From Octopus vulgaris (Eukaryota): DNA of 64,000 nt. The first letter of the stretch is position 1, and the number at the start of each line of letters is the position of its first letter. The stretch spans positions 33,108,001 to 33,172,000 of the forward strand of contig OX597814.1 of NCBI GenBank assembly GCA_951406725.2. Direction: 5' to 3'. The position numbers and the translations under genes were made by a program. Below, in pieces: positions 24,978-38,609 of the stretch. The notes beneath the pieces were generated by a model. That model saw only the letters and a list, made by a program, of their open reading frames with translations. It searched no databases and was not told the origin of the DNA.

Positions 24978-27900
24978 ACACATGAATGCATAAGTGTACA
25001 TATAAACTTATATTTGAATGCATACATCCACATGCAATTTTTTATTAATGCTGTACACAAATACATGACAGGTATACATAATACTGAAATACACATAAAG
25101 TAAACACATGCAAACAAATATATTAATATAACAAATTTTAAAGAATAATAAAAAACATACACTCAATGAAGAGGTAAAAGAAACAGTAAGATGACACATG
25201 TTGATTTTATTAGGCATTTCTGTTTATTTAGAAACCTACAATGAACAGGTCATGTCACAGACACTAAGCTATAAGTTGACACCGGTACGCTAAGCGCAGA
25301 AAATTTCTGTCTCGCTATTAGCTAAAAATACAGAGTTTTTCTTATCTTTAAACCTCTGTAACTTTTTCTCCAATTTTTTTTTCTTCACATCATAGCTTCA
25401 TAGCAATGAGACTGGAAGACTACATTATTATACCCGATTTCCAGATTTTTTTACTTCCTTTTAAAAAAATGCGTATTTTGTGAATGAAAAAAAAAACTAG
25501 ATCCCAAAGTCGTTTCCTCAATAGTTTACCAATGCCTTCAATACTAACATTTGCATAGATGCAAAGCCTCTATAAAATATGTCATTCATGTTTTTATACT
25601 TAAGGGACACTCCATGCCATTGAATTTTATGCCATCTTCTTCACAGCTAAGTCCACAAATGAGTGAGTCAGCCATTTCTTATTTATTTGTCATTAGTCTT
25701 CTCTTGAAGTAGTTCATTTGGTAACTACAATTCCGATAGACGATCAGCTTATAAGTTCGCTTCCTGTAAGTAGTTTGTCTTTTTTCTTATGGCACATTTT
25801 AACTACGACTACATCTGCCAATCTGTCCATTTTAAAAACAATATGGTGCGGTTTAAGAGAAAGCTCACTTCTTTCTCTAATAGGTCGAGCAAACGTGTAG
25901 ATAGTTCCTTCTCTTACCGGCAGTAGATAAATATTTAGCCTATATTTTCCAATTCATTGAACTGGCTAATTAGAATTCGAACCGTTTTTGCAGGAACACA
26001 GGGCACCTTAGCTGGGAAATGAACTGTAGACATTTTCGACCGGTTAGCTGACATCTTATCGACATGTTTAGTTAATGACCTGTACACATATAGAAATTTG
26101 TAATTAAATTCGTTCTGAACCAAACAGCGTGTGGAATTTTATTATATTAGAAACACTTGTCAAAACCGATGTTATATCAAGTCGTGATTGATAAATGTAT
26201 AATAGCGTACTCAAAAGAATATTGACAATGCTCAGCGATTCAACGATAATAACACACGAGAACATTTAGCAGGAGAAAGAAGGTAAGTAGTAATAATATT
26301 AATTTTCATGTCGGATGAAGTCACTGAAAATGTTGGTTTTATTCATTGATAAAAATGTCCGTGGCATCTGGCTATGGTTTTACACTCATTAGTAATATTT
26401 TTAGGTTCGTTTAACCCTCAATGAAAACAACACACTTTATTAATCACGATTGCAAATATTAACTCGATGTGAACAGAAGAGGAAATTTCATTATAAATAA
26501 AAATGCCTTGTCAAACTCGACCAGTGTTGTTTAATCAATATAAATCGTTCGTTTTGGTGGGTGTTATTAAAAAGGCTTTGGGGTATACAAGAAATCTTTA
26601 TTTATAAGAAATAAAGATACCAAACTTAGCGGTGTTTTTGTTTTCACATCGATTAGCAAGCAATTTCAGTTTTACCGTTGTTATAATTTGTATTTATATA
26701 TATATCAACCATTAATAACGCTCTCCAAATTCTCAAAAACCCTTTCTAATGATAGGTTTCTAATCGACTGAAAATTAAAATGGCCTCAATACGTACAATA
26801 ACCGAATTATTTGCTTTTCTTGTAACATCGGCCTCCTGTATATAATTTAGAAAGACAGTATGAAGTTTAATATAAATTCATTCAAGGTCCTAAGTCTTTC
26901 TAATCTTTCTTTCTAATCTTTCTCTTAACAATATTTATTTAAACGTTATTTCCTTATTGCTTTTTTAAAGGTGCTTAAGTTTTACGGAGTTCTTAAAATA
27001 TCTTCTTTTCTTTATCTTATAGGCAGCATTGATATAAACTAAAGATAAATATTTGTTTATTCCTCATAGGTAAACATATTTAAGCTGAAATTTGACTCTA
27101 ATCTGATTCTTTCTTTATCACACACTTAAGTACAATAAACATAGCAATTACTTGAGTCTTTCTTGTTCAGACATGTCAGTCAATTGCATCTCAGACCCAT
27201 TTAAAGGGAGGGCGTAAATAGTTTTATCCCCTACACTGAAGACTCCGTTGATATATTAAAATTATTTTCTTTTTCTTACAAAGAGAACAAAGGAGATTTT
27301 GTGATATTTCTAAAGAGTATAAAAGAATTAAATCAAGTATAGTGGGAATAGAAACGGGCTTCTGGAACTAAGACAGCAGAACTTAGTACTTGCTCTATGG
27401 TGCTCGTTACTATATTTGATATGGGTTTCTTTTAAGTCAGGCTAAAGGTTATGGGAAACAAACATGTGGTGTGACATTAATAACTACTCCAATGGCATTA
27501 GCTTCTCCTTAATCGGTTAATATGAATGACTTACGTGATTATGTAAGATCGTGACCTGTGCATTTTATTTAGTTTTATTTCAGCTAATATTAGCTCAAGC
27601 TATACTACGAATCGTTTTGCTTGAGGAAGGCACAAATAGCCCAAAAGCACACTCTCCCCAATGTCTTAAAAAATTACGTTATGTGTTTTCCACACGGCAC
27701 ACGAAAGTACACAATCACGGTACTGTACCGAACACGCACGTAATTACAACACATAATATGAGTGTCACATGTGAAAAAGCAGTAGAATTGACTTTCTAGT
27801 TTTAAAAGTTGTTGTGGGTCCTATGGTCACTGACAAAATAAAAGGAAAGAGACAAAACCTGAAATAAGCTAATTTGTCAGTGATGGTCATATTCGACTAA

Positions 27901-27984
27901 AGAGTCAACATACATGCGTAGATACAGACACACGCACACACACATATTAAGAAAAAAGGAGGCAGTCAGAATTTTGGATTATAT

Positions 27985-28079
27985 TAGCTGTTTCGTTTGT
28001 TTAACTGAATTCTTCAACGATAAAACCATTTTGGTTTTTTATTGTCTTGAAGAGTTCGGTTAAACAAGCGAAAGCGCTA
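27985..28079. repeat. ~95 bp imperfect hairpin made of two inverted HHR-like halves
   Basis: TTTCGTTTGTTTAACTGAATTCTTCAA pairs with TTGAAGAGTTCGGTTAAACAAGCGAAA; each arm reads TTGAAGA...GAAA. Confidence 0.6.
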
Positions 28080-28084
28080 TATAA

Positions 28085-28721
28085 AGGATGTAATGTTCTG
28101 CATACTTTATATATAATAAATACATTACTAGCAGGGAGAGAGTACCCCTACTAACACTCCATAAGCTAACAGGAACTAGGAACAGGAACTGGCCCAGTTT
28201 CGAGCTAGTTGGCTCTTCGCCAGGCACGCGTACCTGCGCAATGGGGTGATACCTAAGATCCACTTCTGACAGCAACATACTGTAATCAAAGTGGTCACTG
28301 ATTTGCAACCAGCAATGTAGCTAGTTAATAAATCTCAAGACGAGATAGTGTACTAACGTGTACTAAACAGTAAATCGAGTTGCCACATAAACGTGGCAGG
28401 TGAATGTTACCACCAGTTTAACCCCAGGCAGATTCTCCACTAGCTGGTTTTCGATGCAATGTTCTGCATCCTTTATATAAAATACATCGCTAGCTTGAAA
28501 CCGGGCCAGTCCCACGTTCCTGTTAGCTGATAATGTGTTAGTAGGGGTTCGCTCCCCCTGCTAGCGATGTAACATATATAAAGGATGCAGAACGTTCCAT
28601 CGAAAACCAGTTGGCGGAGAATCTGCCTGAGGTTAAACTAGTAGTAACATTCACCTGCCACTTTGATGTGGCAACTCGATTTACTGTTCAGTACACGTTA
28701 CTACTGTATCTCGTCTTGAGA
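28085..28721. mobile_element. Compound inverted-repeat element, probably rearranged PLE pLTR pieces
   Basis: 28333-28495 is inverted against 28558-28721, and 28100-28207 against 28490-28595. A degenerate HHR (CTGGCGA-AGAGC-CAACTA-GCTC-GAAAC) lies on the minus strand at 28188-28226. Confidence 0.55.
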
Positions 28722-29140
28722 CTATATTTATTAGTATTATTTGCATAAATATCATATTATCACTATCGTTATTTTAACTAGTATAACTACTATACATGTT
28801 TCCTTAAATCATTTAAACGCGTATTTAATCCAGAGTGGACATCTCATAGCCTGTTCGTGTCTAGTGTGTACAAAAGTAAATTTAGAAGTCAAAGCTTAGC
28901 ACATTTCTTCCAAACAAAGGTCACCTCTATTATCAACTATTCTAGAAGGTTTCAGTTTACTAATTATTTCCCAAGCAATCGAAAACAATTTGTTCGTAAC
29001 TTTTAGTGCCGAAATTAGCTTACTAAGGCTAGTAGTAGTCATTTTTTTATCTATTACTAAGCCAACTTAAATTATTGACAATTCTCTACTTAATATAACA
29101 CGAGCTAGCTTATACATACATACATACATACATACATACA

Positions 29141-29174
<34 letters not shown>

Positions 29175-29217
29175 AATAATTATATATATGTATATATATA
29201 TATGAGCTAGCTCATGT

Positions 29218-29259
<42 letters not shown>

Positions 29260-29724
29260 AACAAGGAGAGCATTGAACTTAAGTTTACCAAAATCCCTAG
29301 CACGAAAGAACTATCTAACAATACATAAAGCTAAGGTGGATTCCGACTGAGATACAACGCCGTGGCCAAACCAGACGGACAGAGATTAAATACTGATACC
29401 GCAGCCGCTCAGGCAAGAAACATGTATAGGACAGCAATACCAGAAGTGTAGCGTGGACTTTGATTGTCCTGTGAAATAGCCAATAGGTTTGCTTATTTCT
29501 TTCAAGTAGCATTCCTTCGACTACAACAAACGCAAAACATGTAAAGTGGCCGTCATCTGCGGCCCGCCTCAGCTCGCGTAGCCTACATGAGCCGCACTAC
29601 ACAACCGAGTGATTTACTTTCTATAAAGCGACTCGTAAATTTACATACGGAATATCATCAACGATATTAAATGACAGCCTATCTTGATAATAATGGTAAT
29701 GATGATGGCATTATAGTGATAATT

Positions 29725-29803
<79 letters not shown>

Positions 29804-30065
29804 GTATGCACACACACACATACACACATAGTCGTGGGTATGCGTGTGCGTGTATTTGAAAAAGTATGATAAGCACATGATGCAGTTTCCTCCATTTGAT
29901 CCTATGCACGATCGGTTATTGTGGCTATTTTGATCCTCGGCAATGAATATTCTTAGAGAAATTATATGTTGATCCCCAATGCTACTTTAACGGAAGGCTT
30001 TAGTACCAATGCATGTATGTCTAACCGATGTACATCTAAGTATATATATATATAAATATATACAA

Positions 30066-30105
<40 letters not shown>

Positions 30106-30138
30106 GGAGTCGAACGACGATTTAACAAAATTCCTTTA

Positions 30139-30220
30139 TTCTCGACATATGTTTCGAAGACTGCATATTCTCAATTCCGAAGGAATAAAAGGTGCATTAT
30201 GCCGCCTTCTCATCAGGAAA
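30139..30220 (-). ncRNA. Type I hammerhead ribozyme with canonical core in a PLE pLTR fragment
   Basis: TTTC-CTGATGA-GAAGGC.GCATA...TATGC.GTCTTC-GAAAC-ATAT-GTC-GAGA: palindromic stem III ACATATGT, GUC triplet, (TA)n about 35 nt downstream. Confidence 0.75.
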
Positions 30221-30736
30221 GACAAGAAACTTATGTCAGCATCATGACGAACAAAAACTTTTAGATGACTGCCCACACGGAGTCCATAGTGATAATGAGT
30301 GTTTCTATAAAATATTCCGTTATAAGCAGTGACGTCAAATTTGGTTGGATGGAGGAGATTCTAAAAAGTTCAAGAGTTCAAAAATGGTTGGAAGGGGAAA
30401 GTTCTAAGAATAGGAGGGTGACAGAGAGCAAGTCGTATGTATGGTGATGCGTTGTTGTTTGCTTTTGCTAATGAGATTGAGTGCCTATGTGTATGTATGT
30501 ATATAACTGCATTCGTGTCTATATGTGTGTATGTGTGTGCGTGATTGTGTGTGTGGGGGGATAAATGCCAAATACATCTAGTGGTGAAGTGACAGGTTTG
30601 TGTATATACATAAATATATATATATATATGTATATTTATATTTATATATATATATATAATATATATATATATAATATATATATATATGGAAAAAAATGTC
30701 AAGATAGGAAATGCTAAAATAACTATATAAAAAACA

Positions 30737-30778
30737 TTTCAGTACCGGTTTCAGTCATTGAGACTTTTTCAACTGAAA
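30737..30778 (-). ncRNA. Minimal hammerhead, U3:A8 core variant
   Basis: TTTCAG-TTGAAAA-AGTC-TCAAT-GACT-GAAAC-CG-GTA-CTGAAA: 6 bp stem I, 4 bp stem II, palindromic ACCGGT. Confidence 0.65.
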
Positions 30779-30943
30779 GTATGCAAAGCAATTAAATTTT
30801 GGATGTTAAATTATAAGGCACAAAAAGAAAATTATTCTCCCCAGATATAACAGAATATGTTTCAATACTCGAACTCATATAAAGAATCTTGGAAACCAAA
30901 TCCCAAAACGAAATACACACACACGCACAAACACACACACATA

Positions 30944-31031
<88 letters not shown>

Positions 31032-31043
31032 CAGTCAGCTATC

Positions 31044-31071
31044 CATTGTTGTACTATTCAAAACTTTTTAT

Positions 31072-31118
<47 letters not shown>

Positions 31119-31119
31119 T

Positions 31120-31154
<35 letters not shown>

Positions 31155-31179
31155 AAAAGTTTTGAATGGTACAACAATG
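31044..31179. repeat. Palindrome centred on (CT)n(TA)n(AG)n
   Basis: CATTGTTGTACTATTCAAAACTTTTTATTCTC... is mirrored by ...GAGAATAAAAAGTTTTGAATGGTACAACAATG (1 mismatch). Confidence 0.75.
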
Positions 31180-34116
31180 CACTATAATACAGACAATGGG
31201 CTATATACCTGTTGTAATTTAGTCTGATATATATTTATATTTATATATGTATATATATATATATATACATGTATATATATACATGTATATATTTATATAT
31301 ATATACACACTCACACACACACATATATATATATATGCATATATATACATGTATACATATACATACACACATATTTATATACATATATTCATATATACAT
31401 ATATATACTTGTATGACATTCCTGAATTTCCTATGTGAGATCCTTATGTGAATAGGTGCACACACTTGGGCGTATGCAACGACAGTTCAACCAATGTACC
31501 AACTCAACCACATATTTACAAACACCAAGAAATCTATACTCAAAAGCCTTCTCACTTTGTTAGAGACCGGTTTGAATTCTCTCAAGAAGAGCTTAAATAA
31601 CTCAAAGGAACAACATACATACATACACACTTACACACATGCATACATACATACATACACACATACACACATACGTACATAATACATCCATCCATACATA
31701 CATGCATGAATGCATACATACATACGTACGTACGTACGTACATACATGCATAGTATGGGGAACACAAAGGTTCGGATTTTAAAGGCAGAACAAATAGAAT
31801 GCTGGGACGTATATATGCTTTTAAAATTGCTAGTTGGTTTGCATGAATCCAGCTGGTAAATGTCACAAAATGGGAATGGATAAATGGTCAACTATCTCCT
31901 TGCCGGCAGCTTAGAATCTGTTCTATGGAACTTTATACATTAACTGTATTTATCGAGGTTAAAACACGTCAAAGATTTTATCAGTGGCGTTTTAAGCTTT
32001 TCAAGTTTTGAAATGAGTTAAAAGAAAATCTAGTTGCTCTGAAATTTCATGACCACAGTAAAAGCTGAAAAAAAAAAATGCACAACAAAATACTGTTCTT
32101 ATTGACATAGTCTAATTGTGTTGTTGTTGCGCATTTTTGTAATGTTCTGATGTTGTTGTGTTTTGATTTTTATATTGCAACGTTAGATTTTTTTTTCCAT
32201 TTTTTTTATCAGGTGAAGAAATTGTTAAAAGAAATACATTCTCCTCGGGCAAACACAATATTGGCTGTATGTTTATAGTTTGATATGGAATTTGTAAAAC
32301 GGACATAAACGAAAGCTACTTATACTCATGACAAATACAATCCTCAGAGATAAAAACCAATTATCCTAATTCAGATATTTTGAAACCCTAAGGATATTTG
32401 TGCTAAAGGGAATCACAGAAGACTTAATACCAAATCAGGTAAATGGAATCTACTTGACTTTAATGAAAAAAAAAAAAAAAAAGGAAACTGCTTTTTGCTT
32501 ATCATAGCAGAAATTAAAATGTTCAGAATCTTATTTTCCCTGTTGAACAAAATTATTTAAAACTAATTTAAAAATACATTTGCAGGGTATGTAAAATGTT
32601 TAATTATTTAATTTGTGTTGAGTTGGGAGTTTGGAGGTATTGAAGAGGATAACTTTTGAGTTAACTTTCTTAATCATTGTGCATTAGGTTTTTTTTATCG
32701 TTATCATTATAAATATCCTATTTAATAGTATAAATACAGATCAGGATATAAGTGAGGCCTTTAACCAATTTGAACTACTTTAAAACTTTAAATGGAATTT
32801 TAGCAACAGTTGACGTTTTACTAAAATATCAGATATTCTTTTCTGTGTTTACTAACCGTACAAGAGTGTAGCTTTAATTAAACTGCCTACGAGGTTTTCA
32901 GTGAATTTTTTTCTAAATATATTATTGATTGTCTTTTCTTTCTCTTTTAATGTATTTTTATTTTATTTGGTTAAACGTATCACTTGAAATCCAATAAGGT
33001 TTCCAGATCATAACAAAAATTGTACATTGCTTTAGATATTGATTTGTAATTATAAAGCAACTTTTCTATGGAGGCTATGTTGGATGTTTTATAAGTGTTA
33101 GAGTGATAGTACTAGGAATTTTCTTTTAAATAATACAGCTATTATCCCACAATGAAATCAATTCATATAATACGATGCACAAATAAATTCCTTTTTTGTA
33201 TATATCAATGACGACTGAATCACAGCAAACACGTTGAATTCATATAAAAATCCACTGTGTGGATGAAAAACAAAACCCTTGCCAATGGAGATTGAATTAA
33301 AAGGGAATTGTATAAAACTGAATATTGCTTGTTATTTAATTTCTCATGCACTCTTGTAACTTCTAAATAATGTTTCCTAGTGTAGGCACAAAACCACAAA
33401 TTTGGGGAGATATAAATACAATAGACACTCGTACTTCATTGGTATTTTATCGAAACTGTAACGATCAATGACGATGATGACTAGGTAAAATTTGAAATAA
33501 GAAAAATGTGCAACTATTACAGCAAAGCAGTTTATATGTCTGATTTTTGATTATCAACTGTCATAGTAATTACAAAATAATAGCTTGTAATATTTGTGCC
33601 TTCAAAATAACTATTTTTAATATTACTACAAGAGTACCAATTTTGTAGGGAAGAGTATGGTCGATTATATCGGCTTCAAAACTTAAATAATATCTATTTC
33701 AAGCCATGGAACATTGATGGCAGAAACCAGCCAAGAAACAATTGAATCAAGAATATATAGGGACATAAGACAGACGAGAAATGTTTTGACACTACCAGTC
33801 TGCCACATTATAGTCTTCAAAATAACGATTTGTAACAATGGCACAAAGCCACAAATTTCCAGAGTGGGTATAAATGATATGAAAACCAATTGACGGCGCG
33901 GGTAATGACTGCATTAATGCTAGAAGAATCGAAAGAATAACGTTAAACCGATGAGATTTGGTCTCAGTAAAGCAAAATTTTATTGTCTAGTTCATAGAAG
34001 TAGAGCTCGACGCTATCAAAAAACGGGTCATGGAAATAGCAGCAGAGATAACAATGAAAATAAAGTTCTTAGTAATAAGAGTAATCTTATAACACAGGAA
34101 AGGAGCAGAGTGCCCG

Positions 34117-35498
34117 ATTTCCAAGAAAGGGAGCCGCGAAGACCCGCTTAACTACCGACCAGTTTCCCTTACTTCAATAATCAGCAAGATGTTCGAAACC
34201 ATCCTCAAGAAAAGTATGTTGCTCCACCTCCAAAACACAGCCTCTGTCTCTGATTCCCAACACGGCTTCGTGCCGAAGAGATCATGCTTGACCAACTTAC
34301 TGGTAATGGAAGAATTGGTAACACGTATTCTGGATGATGGTGATGATGTTGACATCGATTTATTGGACTTTGCCAAAGCTTTTGACTCGGTTAACCACCG
34401 CCTATTACTTGTCAAGCTTCAAGCATACAGTTTCCATCCGGATATTGTACGATGGGTTGGTGCTTTCCTCTCAGATTGCTCCTTCCAAGTCCAAGTTAAT
34501 GGTTCGCTGTCCGACGTCTCCAGTGCGAGCAGTGGCGTGTCTCAAGGTTCAGTGCTTGGGCCCTTATTGTTTTTAGTCTTCATAAATGACTTGCCCGACG
34601 ACCTCATGCAACACACCCTTCTATTTGCCGATGATGTCAAACTGGTCGCTCCTCGCAGTGATATAGCTGATCTTCGTCGATGCCTCCACCAAGTTTGGAG
34701 ATGTTATAACGAATGGGACCTGTGTCTGAACGTGTCAAAGTGCTGTCATCTGCCTCTTGGCTCCTCTCCTGCAACTTAACTTGATTTCGAGTCGGGTCGT
34801 CTGCTGCTGGAGAGGACCGACCAGGTAAAAGACCTGGGTATCTTGGTGGATTCTTCCTTTTCGCCTTCGGCCCAATGCGTCCATGCTGCCAACAAAGCAC
34901 GCGGAGTTCTGTTTTTGATTCGACGGTCATTCGGAATGCTCACAGCAGCCATATTGCTACCGCTCTATGTCACGCTAGTGAGACCCATATTGGAGTACGG
35001 TATTCAAGCCTCTTCTCCTTATCTCCTCAAAGACATACACCATCTCGAAAGAGTCCAAAAGCTGGCTACCCGCATGGTTCTTGGTCTCAAGCATTTGTCT
35101 TATGAAGAAAGGCTGAAGACGCTCGACCTTTATTCTCTAGAAAAACGACGACGCCGTGCTGATCTCATTCTCGCTCACAACATCATAAGCGGAAAGTGTA
35201 ACCTCTCGAAATAGCTGTTCTTCACTCTTACTCCAAAGCGTCGGCTGAGGGGTCACTCCAAAAAGCTCTATCTGCGATCGAAGAAGAGGGGCTTTCTCCG
35301 TCCGGGTTGCGGATCCGTGGAATAAGCTGCCGGACGAGATAGTGAAGATGCCGCCGACCGCTCGGTTCAAAGACTCTCTTGACCAGAAATGGCCTGAACT
35401 CTTTGCATGAACACCCTCCCTGTACATAACTCCATGTCCCCCTACATGGCCTTGCTTTTGCTTTTTGAGCCAAAAAATTAACTTAACTTAACTTACTT
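34117..35498 (+). mobile_element. 5'-truncated CR1/L2-superfamily LINE (RT domain and 3' UTR)
   Basis: KKGSREDPLNYRPVSLTS, QHGF, LDFAKAFDSV, GVSQGSVLGPLLF, FADD, KDLG, LVRPILEY, PWNKLP; in-frame stop at 34779 and frameshifts; (AACTT)n tail. Confidence 0.92.
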
Positions 35499-35499
35499 G

Positions 35500-35985
35500 A
35501 TGAGAGACATATAGATGATCTAAAAGAAGACAATAAGACTAATGGCGACATGACAGATGAACAAAAGACAATCTACAACAGAATAAAGATAAGACTACAG
35601 GAGTACGATAGCGACATTATTTGCAACCTTAAAAAGGTTGATCGATGGAAATTGAACCAAGAAACGAAAAATGTCAATGAAATTCTGAAATACATCAGAA
35701 CAAACAAAACCACTGAAACAATTTGATCAAGGCAGTAAGTATTGTTGTGACAGAAAATGTGGGTGTTGATGTCAAGAAAAAGAAACATAGAAGGAGTGAC
35801 AAAAAAAAAAAAAAGATCCATGGTGGTAAAGAAGAATCCAGGCAGGGTAAGACATGCTCTCGAAGGAAATTTGTGTGTTTGACAGAAAAGAGAAAGGGGA
35901 GCTAAAAAGTGAACGAAAAGGAAGTATAATATTGAAAGAAAGGGCTTGAAAGTAGTAGTGGAGGAACTGAAACACAAATAGGTGA
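35500..35985 (+). mobile_element. Decayed R4/Dong-type ORF N-terminal fragment
   Basis: LKKVDRWKLNQETKNVNEILKYI, DPWW*RRI, EKGLKVVVEELK motifs. Confidence 0.6.
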
Positions 35986-35999
35986 ATATACATAAAAAT

Positions 36000-36059
<60 letters not shown>

Positions 36060-36202
36060 TTAAAATAATAAGGGTGAAAAATTGAATATTAATTTGATTA
36101 ATATCAATTTAAATCCAGTGGTCTGGCGTATTGAAAAATCTGAAGTTTCAGAAAAATTCATATTACATATATATAAATGGGATGGCCACTTACAGGTCAT
36201 CC

Positions 36203-36257
<55 letters not shown>

Positions 36258-36332
36258 GTGTGTATGGGTGTGTGTCTGTAAAATTGAATAAAATATAGTC
36301 AACAAGGAGTACGGTTAGACAGCTATTTAATA

Positions 36333-36437
36333 AAACCACACGTGTTTCGATACAACATAGATCCACATATACACAGGATTTAAATTAAGGAACGGTTTAC
36401 CTGTATAATGGGATCCAGTTATATCTCTTCAGTTGAT
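36333..36437 (-). ncRNA. Hammerhead motif with long stem II (cleavage triplet appears mutated)
   Basis: CTGAAGA-GATATAAC...GTTGTATC-GAAAC-ACGT-GTG; palindromic stem III ACACGTGT. Confidence 0.55.
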
Positions 36438-36544
36438 ATATAATTGCTGCTCCGTTAATACCCCTTGACTTGGAAGTATACCGTAATACTACCGGCTGTT
36501 TGGTAATTCTAAGTGTGAACGAGCTCCATTTTGTATGTATGTAT

Positions 36545-36803
36545 GTGTGTATGGGTAGGCAGTTCGAAACGCAAACAAGCATCTGTTGTGATGCTCTGAT
36601 GGTTATTGTATTGAAAGTGTTCTGCGTAGGATGTGTGCAGTGCCTAGTAGTGCAATTTTCTGTATGTTATATGTGTTTGTAAGTCCTGGTGTTTTTGTTA
36701 TGTATTTGTCTGAATATTTTTTTATCATGCCTATTGCACCTACTATGATGGGAATTGTTTCTGTTTTCAGGTTCCACATTCTAGTTACCTCTATTTCCAG
36801 GTC
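36545..36803 (-). mobile_element. 3' end of the R4/Dong element family seen at 17405-17766, abutting (TAA)n
   Basis: Reverse complement encodes DLEIEVTRMWNLKTETIPIIVGAIG...NTYNIQKIALLGTAHILRRTLS; the truncated 5' side joins a (TAA)n run. Confidence 0.85.
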
Positions 36804-36872
<69 letters not shown>

Positions 36873-37760
36873 GATAATAATTTCTTTACATTAAATATAC
36901 AAAAATTTTGATTGTAAAATCGATGTATTTGTTTTGAAATGCTCCTTATTTTTACTGCAATATTTCCCACGGGTAATTGCAAATATGAACCAAATATCAC
37001 TATGTGAAAAGTTTATCATATGACCAAAATTATAACATTTTGTTTTCTCTTCATCACTTACCCTTTATATTTCATCTTCAACCTCTACCTCCTGCTCTTC
37101 TGTATCTTTCACCGATCGCTAAGACTTACTCTGAGTAGCCAATTTCCATTCTCTTCAATTTTAGGTTTCTTGTCATTGTGCATCGTACGCTCTGTAATAT
37201 CAAGACCGTATTTACGCAAGTCAAGTAACTATAGATGATGTACAAAGAGATTTAAATATTTTGTGTCCAGAGGCAATAGGTCAATTTAAACCAGATAAAT
37301 GTTTTGCTGTATGGTTTCGCTCTATAAAGTATCTAATACCAAACGAATTTTAAATATCTATCCTAGGTGTATATTCACATGTTTAAACAGATGACACGGA
37401 ATGCACAAAAGTAGAAGAGAATTTTCAGTTATATATGTTTGTCGGCGTATAATATATATATACAAGGAGCAAAGATAACGAAGATTCAGTATACACCACG
37501 TGGCAAAATTATGAGCTGAAAATATGTGGGAAAAAATATAAAAAGGGGAAAAGAAATGCCTTCGTTTCATATAGTTTAATATCTTTTTATAAATATATAC
37601 ATATTATATGGATGTCTTGCAATCCAACCGGTTTTCAAAATTTAAATTACCGTTTCAAGGGATATTGTATAGTAATCACTTCTCGTGACAGAGGGGTCTC
37701 GTCATTTGGGATGTTTGAAGAATAAGAAGAATGAGTCTAGAGAGTCAACCATGGGAAGCA

Positions 37761-38058
37761 TGGACTGCGGCCATGCTGGAGCACCACCTTTAGTCGAGCA
37801 AATCGACCCCGGGACTTATTCTTTTGTAAGCCCAGTACTTATTCTATTGGTCTCTTTTGCCGAACCGCTAAGTAACGGGGACATAAACACACCAGCATCG
37901 GTTGTCAAGCAATGCTAGGGGGACAAACACACGAACAAACACACACACGCATATATATATATATATATATATATATACGACGGGCTTCTTTCAGTTTCCG
38001 TCTACCAAATCCACTCACAAGGCTTTGGTCAGCCCGAGGCTATAGTAGAAGACACTCG
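37761..38058 (-). mobile_element. SINE family A, internal fragment
   Basis: Near identity to 5760-6048. Confidence 0.88.
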
Positions 38059-38179
38059 CTTAAAATGTATCTCATACCAAACGAATTTTAATTATCTATC
38101 CTAGGTGTATGTTTAAACAGATGACATAGAATGCACAAAAGTAGAAGAGAATTTTCAGTTATACATGTTGGTTCGCGTG

Positions 38180-38257
<78 letters not shown>

Positions 38258-38543
38258 TGTTAGGTTTGATGTACAGAATTGAATACCGAAAAGCAATGCA
38301 ACTACATTTCATAAATAAACTCTCTCCAAAGTTGAATGTTTGAAAGAAAAGCAGTAATGCAAATTCATGGAATTGAAAGGGGCGTGATCGAAGTTACACA
38401 ATATAAATATGGCCATATTCCCAACCACACAAACACACACACTCACTTTATCAAGAAATCCTCTCTAAAGTTGAATGTTTGAAGATAAAGTGGAGAATTT
38501 GAATTCTTTATTCCAAATGTGTCTCATCTCTAAAAAAGCTCAC

Positions 38544-38609
<66 letters not shown>

